Counted from the first letter of the stretch, positions 25,010-38,527 are shown. The stretch is 64,000 nt of DNA from Octopus bimaculoides (GCF_001194135.2 NC_068982.1:160108200-160172199), one strand, 5' to 3'. Made by a program: numbers and translations. The notes: generated from the letters alone by a model not told the origin.

Positions 25010-25400
25010 GCTTGTCCCACTCCTTTTACTGCGGCCATGTTGGGGCACGGCCATCAAGGTTTTTAGTGGAATGTATCTATCCTAGGGCGTATTTTGTAAA
25101 GCCTGGTACTTGTTCTATCGAGCTCCCTTACCGAAATGCTAAGTTATGGGGATGTAAACATACCACCACCGTATCTCAAGTGGTGGTAGGGGACAAACAT
25201 AGACACAGACACACGCATAGATATATAAACATGCATGCATATACGACGGGCTTCTCTTAATTTCCCTCTATCAAATCCACTCTCAAGGTTTTGTTCAGCC
25301 CGAGGGTATACTAGAAGACACTTTCCCAAAGTTCTACGCAGTGTGGCGGAACCTGAACCATATGGTTGGGAAGCAAGCTTCTTACCACACAGCTACGCCT
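25010..25400 (-). mobile_element. SINE family A, older diverged copy
   Basis: Both halves recognisable (ttactgcggccatgttggggcacggcc...; caagcttcttaccacacagctacgcc). Confidence 0.85.
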
Positions 25401-25520
25401 AATTTTATTACTATATTATCTGTTTCCCTTTCTCTCATTTCATCATAAGTGAGTATGATTTGAGGAATATTTGATTTTTATAGTAAATCCCGGCTGTGTA
25501 TAGACTCCAAATGTGGATAC

Positions 25521-25564
25521 CTATCACTTGCATTGCCAGATTTTATTTCCGAAATTAGAAGTAA
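25521..25564 (-). CDS. Candidate exon 2 of a putative secreted or membrane protein (LLLISEIKSGNASD)
   Basis: Acceptor tttctattatcag|, donor AG|gtatcc (weak), 44 nt open in phase 0; continues the hydrophobic run of the 33212 candidate exon. Confidence 0.25.
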
Positions 25565-27696
25565 CTGATAATAGAAAATACGTGTTTACTACTTGCAGCT
25601 TTCACGAACCTTAATTACTTTAGCTGACCACAAGAACGATCATTTAGTCCCAAAATGTAACAAACCTTTAAGTGTTTCAGAAAAAGTTTTAAAAAAGGAA
25701 ATTGTGTTGTTGATTGAGGATTAGGTATCTACCTTATTGGTAACTAAACTGTGCAATTTCATTTATTGCTTGTTATATGTCGATAAATTACTTTCACGTT
25801 TATACTTAATTCGTATACATTTTCGTGTTATACATGAGTATTTCTGATTTTGTAATGATAAAAATATCACTTCGAAGATAATTATATTTATGAGTACTTT
25901 ATTTAATAAAACTATATATTACTTTTCTGTGTCTTCAAGGATTTACGCATCTCTAGTTGGTCTGATCTTGACAAATGTAGGCATTTCATTTAATTTCCCA
26001 TATATATAACCTTATTTTTGAAAATAATAAGATTCTTTTGTGTAGACGCTGGAAGGTAGACACAATAATTACAAGCTATAGAAATCGTTTATAATCTGAT
26101 ATATTGCTTTTGTTGACATATTGCAGCCTACTTATGGCATTTCATGTTTGCCTTACATATTTGAAAAGAATTTAATATATTTACGGATGCTTTCTAATTA
26201 TTGAAACACAAGTGTATGTCAAAAGCTAAATGCGCAATACGTTGTTTATTCCAGGAAACAATTTCGCGAATAAATTTACAACTGAACTTTCTGCTTGGAT
26301 TTTCAATACTATGTTGTATTAGATATTATTGGTTTCAAATTTTGGCACCAGCAACAATTTGAGAGCAAAACGAGAATCAATCGCATTCATATGACACGGA
26401 ACCGTATCAGATTTGTAATACTAGAAATAGTTTTTATTTTTTCAATCGATGCTTGATTTTCATTCCATGTGAATTTGGAAGCCCATAATTTATTATTGCT
26501 ATTTGTTATCTATGCTCTAAATGTAGACGAGGAGCTAAAATCAGTAGTGTACTCGCCTGATATTCTACAGTTTTTATCGCATGAGTGATCTTGGATCTCT
26601 TCCTGGCTTGAAAGACTGTTGCAGATTACGCCGAATTCCTCTCTTCTACTGTTGATAAACTATACTGAAGTGCCATTTAATAGTGTTAATTCCTTCCTTC
26701 AAAAATATATCATCCGAGACGTTAAAAATTGTAATTAATTTTGAAAGGAGTGGAGTGTCATCGTTGTTTCAGTTTCACAGTGATCAGGCATATAGCATAT
26801 AACATGTAACCGAAAACTGTCATGCTATGCTCATATCATTTAATTTATTTATTCAGCAATTTTCTATGGAGACATACAATGCCCAGACGTTGTTTTAAAT
26901 ATATGTTAAGAGGATTTGAAGGATATTTTGTGGATCATTTTCTGTTTGGCTGTCACTTTTCAATTTCTTCTATTTTGTTCCAGTTGATTTCACATTTGAT
27001 GTATTGGTTTTATTGGTGTAATTTTGTATGTTAATTATTGACATGAAATTAATTTTCGTCATAAATTGATAAATAAAGAGTTTATAGCTTTAAAGTTTGC
27101 AAATTTCGGGTAATTTTTGTCAATCAAAAGCCACACACATATAGGTGCCACGTTCCATAGTAACAAGCCATGCTGTTGCCAAGCTGCTTACCTCTAAGCT
27201 GCTGTTCTGTCAAACCACGTTGTCATTTTTTGCTTATTAAATACTTAAAACACGAGGTATAATGTGGTCATAAGATGTTCTAAAAATAACAGCTAAATAG
27301 GCCTTAAACCACGCATGAATTTTTTTCTGGTTTTTGCATAATCGTATGCATTTCCGTGTATAGAATACAAACTCGCCAAAATGCTATGAAAATTCCAACA
27401 AATAAAAAAGTTCTAAGGGGTTAAATGGCGTGCGTAAAGCAGGAATCCGCCATTATTTCATTTGCTTACAGTCTAATATTAAAACAGGTGCTACCGTCGC
27501 AAAGCTGAGAACATGTGCAGTCATGCACAAAATGACAGCTTCGAAATCTTGTTTCTGACTGGGTAAAAATCATCAAAATTTAAACCTCTATAACTTTTTA
27601 AAATAATTTTTCTGAAACAAGTGAATTTGGCCCTGAGAACCAGCGTTGAAAATTCCATCAATGTACCAAATTTGAAAATTTTCACTGAATTTCAAA

Positions 27697-27901
27697 ACAT
27701 TATTTACATTATTTACATTTGACGGATATTTGTCCTCATATTGTTTTTTGTTAACACAACGTTTCGGCTGATATACCCTCCAGACTTCATCAGGTGTCTT
27801 GGGGGAAATTTCGAATGTGGATACGCATTCTTAAGGTATTTTTCGATGTTATTATTATTATTACTGTTATGATGATGACGATTATTACTATAATTATAAT
27901 A

Positions 27902-27935
<34 letters not shown>

Positions 27936-28123
27936 TCATTGCCGGGAATTGAACTCGGAATCTTGGAGTTAGTAGCCCGCGCTCTTAATCACTACATCAT
28001 ATGCCCGCTGGAGGGTATATCAGCCGAAACGTTGTTAACAACAAACAAGATGAGGAAAATATCCGTCAAATGTAAATAATGTAAATAATGTACATAATTC
28101 CTCATCTCCTAAATATAGAACTG
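27697..28123 (-). mobile_element. Short non-autonomous PLE-related unit (tRNA head-(AAT)n-hammerhead-tail) with inverted tail copy
   Basis: Unit reads 28006->27697. Arms 27697-27783 and 28007-28091 are inverted copies. Same head as at 19016. Confidence 0.8.
27753..27798 (-). ncRNA. Minimal type I hammerhead ribozyme
   Basis: GACAC-CUGAUGA-A-GUCUG[GAGGGUAUAU]CAGCC-GAAAC-GUU-GUGUU: stem I GACAC/GUGUU, full catalytic core, stem II 4/5 bp, palindromic ACGU in place of stem III. Confidence 0.75.
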
Positions 28124-30730
28124 TAATTTCAAAAAGTGCAATCAACCAGAAATGATCCTATTTGGCTACTCTTTCAAGTAGATCGATAACAGCTTAGTCT
28201 CCCTCACATTGGCGTTGTTAGCAACGACTGAATGGAGTACATTCTAGTTATACACTAGATTATTCGCTTCATTGAATATCAAACTGATAAATAATAAACA
28301 GTTTCTGAATGCACTTTGCATTTTTTTGACTAGGCTTATGTTCAGAAACTTAGAGTAAAATGGCCATTTTGTTTAACGTATATAACATTCTCAGGGATAT
28401 GTATAAACTAAGGAATCTCAATAGGGAATGGAAATGCAGCATTAATTCGTTAGATTTTTATTATCTTAACATATGCGACTTTCATATTATTATTGCCTAC
28501 GAACCTTTAGCAGGCGTAAATTTGATTACAAGTTGAAGCATTTCTTTTTCAAAGAGTGATTTCTATAAGTGATCCCTATTGCGAATCGAAACCATGTGGC
28601 AATTTTCAAAATGAAGAATTTTGGCTTGCATTTCATCACTATTATGGACAAATATAACGCAGCAAGGAATGATTCTTGATTTCATGATCAACATAATCCT
28701 AATATTTAGAAAATTACCGCATTTGCCTTAGAGAAAGAAATTCATAATTTTAAGTCTTTTGTGAGAAATCGGTAGCGGGAAAAATAAAAAAGTTTGATTG
28801 ATATTATGGTCTTTTCGTATAACCAACTGCCATAATATTATTAATTGAACATGTTATTGTGGTTTAAATGTATTAACTTGAAATTTGAAACAGCCGGCAA
28901 AATATCGAAGTATTTTCTACTTGAAAATTAATGAGGCAGTGAAGAAGTATCTGACCGATATATACTTTAAATAATAGCAAAAAAATCAAGCATTTATTAT
29001 TGGTATCCCAGAATAATCGATAGCCGATTATAAAACATCAGAAAGTAAGCATTCTAACTTTTTTTCCATTTATAAATATATACACCATTTTATTGTACTT
29101 TTGGTATTATATTCATTAGAAAAATAGAAATGACGTATGTTCTCGATTTTAAATGTTCAGAGTTATTTAATCTTATTGTGTTAAGAAAATTCTTGTTTAC
29201 AGATTCTATTCCTTTTGCCAGTCATATCAAAATTTCTGGGATTGTGCATTGTGGGTAGTAATTAACAGGGATATCATATTGAATACAGTCGTATTTGCTC
29301 GTTGTTACGTTAAGCCCCAAATAACATACATTACATAGTGAGCAAAAACAAAAAAAATGTTATTTCAGAAATACTCAAACTACTGTGATAAGAGGGAAAT
29401 ATTAACTCTATTTAAATATTACAATTCATTAAAATGAATATTAAGCGTTAGAATTGATTAAGATTTCGTTATTATTAGACATTATCGACAAAGTATATAG
29501 TTTCCAGACTGATGATAATTAAAACGAATAAATTAACAATATTATACACCAGCTGGGAGCAAATAAAGCAAAATGACTAAGGTAAATTACATAATGTTTT
29601 TCGAGTTTACTGTTTGTGGAATTACAGATTACAACTCACTTAATACAGTGAGCCTGAAGTATTCTCTTTTACTCTCTTAGCGTTTTCTAATACAGATAAA
29701 TATATATTTGATAGGAATATATTTAAATAATTTTGTGTGCATTGAGACAAATGCTTTACAAGACTAATATACCTGACCGATTTCTTAGTGAAGAATCTAT
29801 CGAGCTGTTAGACGTTTTCCTTTCTGGTTCACCGAATTACAGAAGGTAAATGTTAAAACGAGACACAAGATAATAGTCATATTAAGTTATTGGTTCTCGA
29901 AATAAAATAAAAAATGAGTCCGGCTGTTTGTTATTAAAAGTATAGAGCTGTATAAAGTTCAGTAAGGGAATATTTCATAAGCTGAATAAAGAAAAAGAGT
30001 ATCGAAAACTCTTTAAAGTATCTAGAGAGTAATGATTTGTTTAAAAAAAGTGTATATGTTATACTTACCCAAAAATATATGATAAAATTTGTTAGCGAGA
30101 CTCAAAAGAAAAATAAAGAGGGTGATCACTTCAATAAATTTAGATGTATATTATGTTAAGTTTATGAGACGATATATTTTATATATATATGACAGGTGTC
30201 GTATTTAATGGAACATCTGCTACTATTTTGTTACTTTTCTAGTTGACACAGGAAAGAATTATAGTCACATATTTCAATTTTCATTTTCAGAAAATGTGTT
30301 CCTAAATTTTATGGCATATCTCTGTTTGAATTATTTTGTGAGTTAGCTAAATAAGTATTCAAAGAAACTTTTTGCAGTATGCACATATATTTGCAAAATG
30401 CTATTTTTTAATAATGATTTAGTAGCTTGTGTATGTAAATTTAATTATGGGGAAAAATTGGAATGAGCTAATTTAAGATGGTGAATATTTAGAAGCTGCT
30501 GAGCGCCAGATACAATAACACAATATTTTGTTATGCCTTGTCTTGGTTTTATTAACCACTTCCTTAATATTACCTTACAACGTTTCGTGGGTGACAAAAT
30601 AAAGTACTAGTCAAATACTGGAGTAAGATAATCTTCTCTTTCTCATGTATTTCTTATAATTTGTCTATGAAAGAAATAACACTATGACTGGCAGATGCAA
30701 ATAATATATGTTATTTATGAGTGCATACAA

Positions 30731-30940
30731 GGTGGCGAGCTGGCAGAATCATTAGCACACCGGGCGAAGTGCTTAGCGGTATTTCGTCTGTCGTTACGTT
30801 CAAATTCGGCTGGGGTCGAATTTGCCTTTCATCTTTTCAGGAGTCGAGTAAATAAGTATTTGTTACGCTCTGGGGTCGATGTAATCGATTTAAACACTTC
30901 CCCTCAAATCTGAGGCATTGCGCTTCCAATAGAAAGGATT
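30731..30940 (+). mobile_element. SINE family B
   Basis: ggtggcgagctggcagaatcattagcacaccgggcgaagtgcttagcgg head; ggggtcgatgtaatcgat tail. Confidence 0.9.
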
Positions 30941-32295
30941 TATGAGTACCTTTATTAATTTCAACTATCACATTTCCTGATAGAATTGCATATGTAATTC
31001 TGAGTAACTTATACATTTTTTTTTCAGGCTTGTGATTTATTGAAATCCTTCAATACAATAAAATAGTTGTATACAATTGTTACATCTCACATCTTATATT
31101 AATCTTACACGTCTTCCTATATGTAATTTTGACTGAATAATGTACAAATAAAAAAAGAGACTTTTTATAAACGGTACATGAAGGTTAAAAAAATTCAGTT
31201 TGTCTCTGTGGTGTTTAAACCAGCGAATACTAAAAAAATGTCCCTTATTAGGTATGATTAGCTGAAAGCAGACCATAAATACTTTATGAAGGAATAAATT
31301 AATGCCTATTTTATAAATGTTATTCGTTGAAGCGAGTAACATATTTTTAAACAGGAATGGGAACTATATTACACTGACGGTTTTAACCCCCAGGCAATAA
31401 ACAAATACTGTGTCTTATAATTAACAGTAAATGGTTTCGAATATTAATTCTTTTTACAGATTATTAACGTCTTTGCAATATGGAAATTGAAATTCTAACT
31501 GTTGGAATAAGATCTACGAAAGTAGAGGTAGTTAATTTAAGTTCAAGATATCATCTCTAATGTTTCATCAAATTTCAGAAACGATTGCCATTAGTGCTCT
31601 GTGGTGCTGTGTTAGTGTTGTGTGGTACTGAAGCCTGCTTGATTGATCAGCCTAATGATTAAATGTAACTAATAAGTCATTTATTCCAGCTACACCTTGC
31701 ATTTGTGACGCCAAGATCAATATTACCCACAAGGGGTAGGGAATTCTTTGGAACATAGTCTGACATTTAGGATACATATTCAGTCCACTTCCCAGTTCAC
31801 TTGTGTATGTTCGTTGTTCTTTTTGTAAGTATAAATCGTTTTCATATTGCTGTTGATAAGTTAGTCAGGAACAAGCAGATCTCTGATCAAAATACGTTGA
31901 AGGGCTGAGCATTCTATATTTCCCTAAGTAATACTCCGGGCTATGTTATTTATTGTGTCATCATACAGAGGGTAGGGAATATTTTAGAGGAAATTTCGTT
32001 GCTAATTCTTGTAGGCTGGGTATGCATTAAGCTGCTTGCTCATTACTTTGCTTCTGTACAAAGATTCATATAGTAGTGACAGAGGAAGCGAGTAAGTACG
32101 ATACGATCAGAATATAACAGTTACTGATCTACTACATTTAATTATATGCTTAGATGTCGTACGGAATTAAATAACTATGAGATGTATATGAGATAAGTAA
32201 CCGACCTTATCTTCATTGTATGTTTGTGTATAAATATCACGAACAATTATGCACACTTCTGATACTCCAACCATAAGTATACAAATGCCTGTTAG

Positions 32296-32307
32296 GGGAA
32301 CAAACAC

Positions 32308-32355
<48 letters not shown>

Positions 32356-32582
32356 NNNNNNNNNNNNNNNNNNNNNNNNNNNNNNNNNNNNNNNNNNNNA
32401 TATACACACATAAATATATACGACGGGCTTCTTTCAGTTTCCGTTTACCAAATCCACTCACAAAACTTGGTCGGCCCGAGGCTATAGTAGAAGACACTTG
32501 CCCAAAGTGCAACACAGTGGGAACGACCCCGGAAGCATGTGGTCGGTAAGCAAGCTACTTACCACACAGCCACTCATGCGGC
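32296..32582 (-). mobile_element. SINE family A, 5' half plus internal microsatellite and gap
   Basis: gacgggcttctttcagtttccgtttaccaaatccactcac...agctacttaccacacagccactc. Confidence 0.88.
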
Positions 32583-33211
32583 TGCGTTTATTACAGTGTA
32601 TGACTATATTATCCCATCTGGAGAGTAGGGATCTCTAGCTATTTGAACATAGATATTTTGATGTTGGTACACGTTGATTTCGCTTATTTTAAATTTCTTT
32701 TGTTGCTGTTGTAGTTATTGTTCTGATGAGAATAAATACTAAATGTGTGTAGTGTAATTAAATGTAGGTCAAGGGATCCTGTATATGCTTCTTCATTGGG
32801 TTTCTTATGAAGATTGCGATGGTAACGACGATGGTGATGATAAAAATGGCACTGGGAATAATATGAATGATACCGACGATGATCAATGTATCTATTCATT
32901 ATAAGAGTGATGAAGATGTTGGTGGGTGTCGTACCTGTGGGGGTTAATGACAATGAGATGGTAGTAGAGGAAGGGAAGAAGAGTATTTATGTTACTCTTA
33001 TTGACATTGCTGATTATTTTGCTGATGATCAGACTGGTTATCTTTCAGATTTTGTTATCGTAAAAGTGTTGTAAATCTTCTAGAAAGCAGTCAATTTAAT
33101 ATTATGCAGAACGGCTAGTGTAGTAAATTTGTAATGAACGTCAAGTGTAGCTGCTCGTTAAGTAGATCTTCGACATTCATTATAGAAAAATCAATAAAAC
33201 TCTGCACTCAC

Positions 33212-33304
33212 CAGGAATATGAAATAATAAACTGACTTAAACTGACCTCGGTGATGTCCGTCCATTATCGGCATTCTTAACCGCACTACTAGATCAACTT
33301 CCAT
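33212..33304 (-). CDS. Candidate first coding exon ((MEVDLVVRLRMPI)MDGHHRGQFKSVYYFIFL)
   Basis: ATGs at 33304 and 33265 are in frame up to a consensus donor CTG|GTGAGT (phase 0); no repeat similarity noticed. Confidence 0.3.
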
Positions 33305-35589
33305 TATACACAGCAATTACTATTGTCACTCGCCGCTCCTAATTTACTAAGCCATACCTCATATCTATAGAATTTCAGACTCGAAGCTTTTGATATTTTT
33401 AACTGCTCAAGATTGAATAATTCAAATGTTTCGGTTATGAGTTTTACATAATTTTATTTTAACATTAATTAATCAACAATGCCATTTTTAGTTATGCCTT
33501 TCAGAAGAATGCCATTGAAATTTTATTGAATGCTAATTGGATGCACAATTATTATTAGCTTTCCAATGTCATATTCTATTTATGGTCAGTTGAAATTCTC
33601 AAAATTAAGGATTTATGAAACTATACATAAAAGACCATCAGCAATAAGTCAGTTCAAATAATTTTATGATGTTAAAGTAAATAAACAAGTTGTCATAAGT
33701 TCCTTTACAAATCAAACGTAGAAGTATTAAATATTTCCCTTTCAATTGTTTCACTTGCGACTAAATGTATCTAAAGTTTAGCATATACAGCTTTGTAGAG
33801 AACAACCAGTAGATGTGAAGTAAAATTTATTAGGAAATACATAGCAGGGGAACAATATGCTTATATTAGATGTATGATTAAAACGTTCGCTTCGAAACTT
33901 TGTAGATTTGGATTCAGTACCATGTGCTGATCAATGCTGTGTGAGTGGATATATGTATGTGCCTATATTAGTTTAATTACGTAAGTACATGATACCGATT
34001 GCTGACATGATACTGATTGTTGGTTTCTTTATGTAGCAGTTCATGAGAAATATAAACCGATAAAACAATTATCGAGCAGATTGATTTGATAAAAGAACCA
34101 TTCAAAACTGTGTTTCACTGTTTGTCAGATGTGGAACTGAAAACCGTAAAAAAACTAAAAGATTTCAAAAAATGCCCATACATACATACTTACATACTTA
34201 CGCACACATACATACATACATACNNNNNNNNNNNNNNNNNNNNNNNNNNNNNNNNNNNNNNNNNNNNNNNNNNNNNNNNNNNNNNNNNNNNNNNNNNNNN
34301 NNNNNNNNNNNNNNNNNNNNNNNNNNNNNNNNNNNNNNNNNNNNNNNNNNNNNNNNNNNNNNNNNNNNNNNNNNNNNNNNNNNNNNNNNNNNNNNNNNNN
34401 NNNNNNNNNNNNNNNNNNNNNNNNNNNNNNNNNNNNNNNNNNNNNNNNNNNNNNNNNNNNNNNNNNNNNNNNNNNNNNNNNNNNNNNNNNNNNNNNNNNN
34501 NNNNNNNNNNNNNNNNNNNNNNNNNNNNNNNNNNNNNNNNNNNNNNNNNNNNNNNNNNNNNNNNNNNNNNNNNNNNNNNNNNNNNNNNNNNNNNNNNNNN
34601 NNNNNNNNNNNNNNNNNNNNNNNNNNNNNNNNNNNNNNNNNNNNNNNNNNNNNNNNNNNNNNNNNNNNNNNNNNNNNNNNNNNNNNNNNNNNNNNNNNNN
34701 NNNNNNNNNNNNNNNNNNNNNNNNNNNNNNNNNNNNNNNNNNNNNNATGAGGTGAAGACTAGAAGGAACTAGACAACATTTTCAAAAATTTGAGGAGTTG
34801 AAGAAATTTGTTGAAGAAGGCCTAGACGAAAAGGCGGGCGTCATTTACCTGTTATTCTCTGGCTTCAATAGACACAGCAGGCACTACGTTGCCAACAAGA
34901 CCGAAGCAGTAGTTTCAAGGCGCAGTAGCAGCATTTTGGTCTTGCGAGATAAATGTGGACCACTGTATTACATCTATCTATCTATCTATCTATTTATCTA
35001 TCTCTCTATCTATCTATCTATCTATCTATCTATTTATCTGATAGACAGATAGGTTGATATATAAATAGATTGATGCAAATATAGATAGATTGACAGTTAT
35101 AACCAGCATGCGTGTATCTTTGCATCAATTAAATTTTACAAAATAAGCCTTGAGCTGTTCGTGAACATAGTAAACTTCGTACTAAAGTACTGCATGTGTG
35201 AAAAGGCAGTTTATAATCACGTACGCATACCTATATATCATTTTGGAAATGCTGAACATGTTTGCTTGGAAATAGAATGCATAGTACATGATTGTGCAAT
35301 TTTCTATTATCCCATCGGAGATCGAGCAAGTTTATTTATTTTAGGACGTGCACTCTCTTATTGCTCTTGAAATCTACCCAATCTAGAATGATAATTAGTC
35401 AAAGAGATATATACGTTCATCATACTCTAAACGACGTCACCAAAACGTATTTTATATACACGAAGGGATCACTTTTATTGCTGCTTAATTCGAGATCAAA
35501 ACTGACAGATTAATCACGACTTGATTGTTTTATTTTACAATTAAGCCGCATAGAGCTAGATAATTATTTCTATTATAAGCACAATGAAT

Positions 35590-35775
35590 GACATTTTGGG
35601 GTAGAATGTAGTCGATTACATCGATCCTAGTGCTTAACTGGTAAGTATGATATATTATCGACCCTAAATGAATGAAAGCCAAGGTCGATCTCGGTGGAAT
35701 CTGAACTCAGAATGTAAAGCTTAAAGAAATGCCGCTAAGCACTTTGTCCAGTATTCTAATAATTCTTCCAGCTTC
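35590..35775 (-). mobile_element. SINE family B
   Basis: agtcgattacatcgatcctagtgcttaactgg...gccaaggtcgatctcggtggaatctgaactcagaatg. Confidence 0.85.
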
Positions 35776-36089
35776 TACAAGTACATTATACAATGCGTTC
35801 TCTTTTCTATATAAGCGCTCTACTGTGATGTGAGGAAAATGAGTTTCTATAAAATGAGTAGCTACATGTGGTCGCAAGAATACTGTAAGAGACGTACTAC
35901 TGAAAAACATTCATGGCGGTGGAGTTAGGCTACACTCATGGTAAGAATATATTAAGCACTTTGTAACAAAGCTCTCCCGCGACTCAATGTTTGATTGAGA
36001 GATGTTTAATATATAATATAGATTTACATTATTCCTCATGTTGTGCATTCTTTATGAAATTCTAAGAGCAATATAAATTCATCTCTCCA

Positions 36090-36560
36090 ACAAAAAATTT
36101 GCTGATCTAATTTCTCGGACGGCCATCGAAGCAAATATATAAGGCAGAGCAAGCTTGAAAAGAAGATTCCTAAAATTTATAACCAAAATTGTGAAAGTTG
36201 TATCATACTCGATGTTTGCAAATGCGTAATAAAACATTTTCTCAAAGAAAGAAAAGCATCCGTATATGATCACCGAGCTCGGAATTACACCCATAAATCA
36301 GTGAATAAAATTATTCAACTGCCCTTTGTTAGAATACGATCAATGGTTGACGACTTATTGTTCACTACACAATATAGCTTTTCAGCCTTCGGAAGTTGTC
36401 CGAAGCAAATACATGTGTTAAAATGGGTCTATTGGAACAACATAGAACGGTACGGTTCAGATCCATTGTTCTTATATTTATTGATTTCACTAACGCGTTT
36501 TAGATCATAAATCCTTGAGTTTCGTTCAATATACAAAGTTGGAATTTCTATAACGCTTGT
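36090..36560 (+). mobile_element. Degenerate non-LTR (LINE) RT fragment
   Basis: RIRSMVDDLLFTTQYSF...SCPKQIHVLK...DPLFLYLLIS resembles the RT segment L...Q.GF..GRSC..QI...IDF. Confidence 0.5.
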
Positions 36561-37439
36561 CACTATAATGCAAGGTTCATAAGGAAAGCGAAATACTTTT
36601 GTTGTGGTTAATTGTAAGTAAGCAAATGCTATTGTGTATTACAAAAGTATATTACTTCAAGCTACGCATGCTTAGTATCTGTTCATCATTTTAGAGAGAT
36701 AGGCTCAAAACTTCAAAATGTGTTAGGGATGAAAAGGAGTTCTGTGAAAATTTATCAAAATCACAATGTTACGTGTGCGCCAACAGCATTAAATACAAAA
36801 TTAGGAAGGAAAACGAATGGGATGGAAATGACAATAAATATAGACGAGCTAGACAAGCTAAATATCCAGATGTGATACACAGTGGCTACATAAAAGTTGT
36901 CCATACAAACCAGCTGAAAATGTTACAACAGAAAAACTATATTCCGCAAATTAAGCGTAGCAATTAGCTTAAACTGAAATATCTTGTAATAATGAAATCG
37001 GCAGAGCAGCTTGCATATCTCTTTATTAAAATATCTGCATGCGAATCTTGAAGTATGGAAAATGAACGCTAAAAGGATTAAAAGGGAAATAGCGAAACTT
37101 AACACACATGCAAGAATTTGGTACTAAGTGAATTTCAGCAATGGAACAAAATGCCTGCAGTTGATTTGTATATAGATATGGCTGGGAAATATATCAAGAA
37201 TACATATTGTTGAGTTACAACATTACGGTTTTCCACACAACATGCACACGCATACACAGACACACACACACATGTATATGCATGTATACATATACTTGTA
37301 TATGTGTGTGTGTACATATATATATTTGAAAAAGTTTAACGAAAGCGCTGACACACTAGAAAAAAAAACATCTTCCCCAAAACGGTTAGTAACATCCTAA
37401 TAGCAGATTTCATGAGATTTTTTTTTCGTGAGGTTTTTT

Positions 37440-38005
37440 AGTGATTACACTAAACACCATGATGTTGACTGGATGTTAAATATTTATAACCATCGGTACA
37501 TGCTTTGGGGACACAGCAGAGCAAGTTGTTCCGTGTGTTCGCCATCTGATCTTGGCGGAATTTTTTCTCGTCTGAGAAAAACCAAAGCATGTTCGGTTGG
37601 AGGGGATGCTTGAATTTGTTCAAAGGATTGTCTTTGATGGCTTGGGATACAAATTAGCTCTTTCTCATCTTGTATGAGGAAAGCAGAATGTCGTCATGCA
37701 CTACCTGCCTGATAAGAAACTCAGACACTTGCAGGTCCCTAGCGATAGACCTCATTGACTTGGAGGGATTGTTGGCGATCATGATCTGGATCTCACCAAC
37801 AAAGTCAGGTGTTCTCTTCCTATCAGAATGATCAGAGTGAGTTTTCCTAGCGGCCGTACTTACGTAATTACCATTAAACTCATTCAACTGTTTCCGAACG
37901 CTCTGCACTGTCCTTAGAAATGTTCATATTGGAGCTTCTGGTGCGAATGCCAAGCAGCACGGCATGTATTTTCCAAATTTCTGGTAGGGTAAATTGCATC
38001 ATGGT
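37440..38005 (-). mobile_element. maT/DD37D-like transposase fragment
   Basis: RKTHSDHSDRKRTPDFV...NPSKSMRSIARDLQVSEFLIRQVVHDDI...SYKMRK, then LNKFKHPLQPNMLWFFSDEKKFRQDQ and HPVNIMVF. Confidence 0.8.
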
Positions 38006-38090
38006 GCTATTTTTCCAACAGACGGTACTCAATTGACCCTGTCATACTGTGTAGTCGACAAAATCTAAAACAAACATGCGCATACGCGAA

Positions 38091-38125
<35 letters not shown>

Positions 38126-38289
38126 NNNNNNNNNNNNNNNNNNNNNNNNNNNNNNNNNNNNNNNNNNNNNNNNNNNNNNNNNNNNNNNNNNNNNNNNNNN
38201 NNNNNNNNNNNNNNNNNNNNNNNNNNNNNNNNNNNNNNNNNNNNNNNNNNNNNNNNNNNNNNNNNNNNNNNNNNNNNNNNNNNNNNNCT

Positions 38290-38400
38290 GGACGTTCCAT
38301 TGGGTTTTGAGAAAATAAAACAGCCAAGTAACATGGTCGATGGGAAAACTTCCCTCTTACTCTTAAAATAGCTGGCCTTGTGACTAAATCAGAAACCACC
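38290..38400 (+). mobile_element. SINE family B, decayed 3' half
   Basis: ...catggtcgatggg...aaaatagctggccttgtgactaaatc resembles the family B tail. Confidence 0.45.
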
Positions 38401-38420
38401 ACCGCCTTCACAACGACTCT

Positions 38421-38485
<65 letters not shown>

Positions 38486-38527
38486 GTTGCTGCTGCTGCT
38501 GCTGCTACTGCTTCTGCTGCTGCTGCG
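38421..38527. repeat. (CTA)n-(GCT)n compound microsatellite
   Basis: Directly visible. Confidence 0.95.

Noticed and set aside
29203-29340. Possible plus-strand exon (FYSFCQSYQNFWDCALW) in phase with the 17653 donor
   Set aside because: The donor is very weak and the joined peptide matches no family I recognise.
36079-36294. Hydrophobic minus-strand ORF resembling GPCR TM6-TM7
   Set aside because: There is an in-frame stop just upstream and no acceptor; the opposite strand is better explained as a LINE RT remnant.
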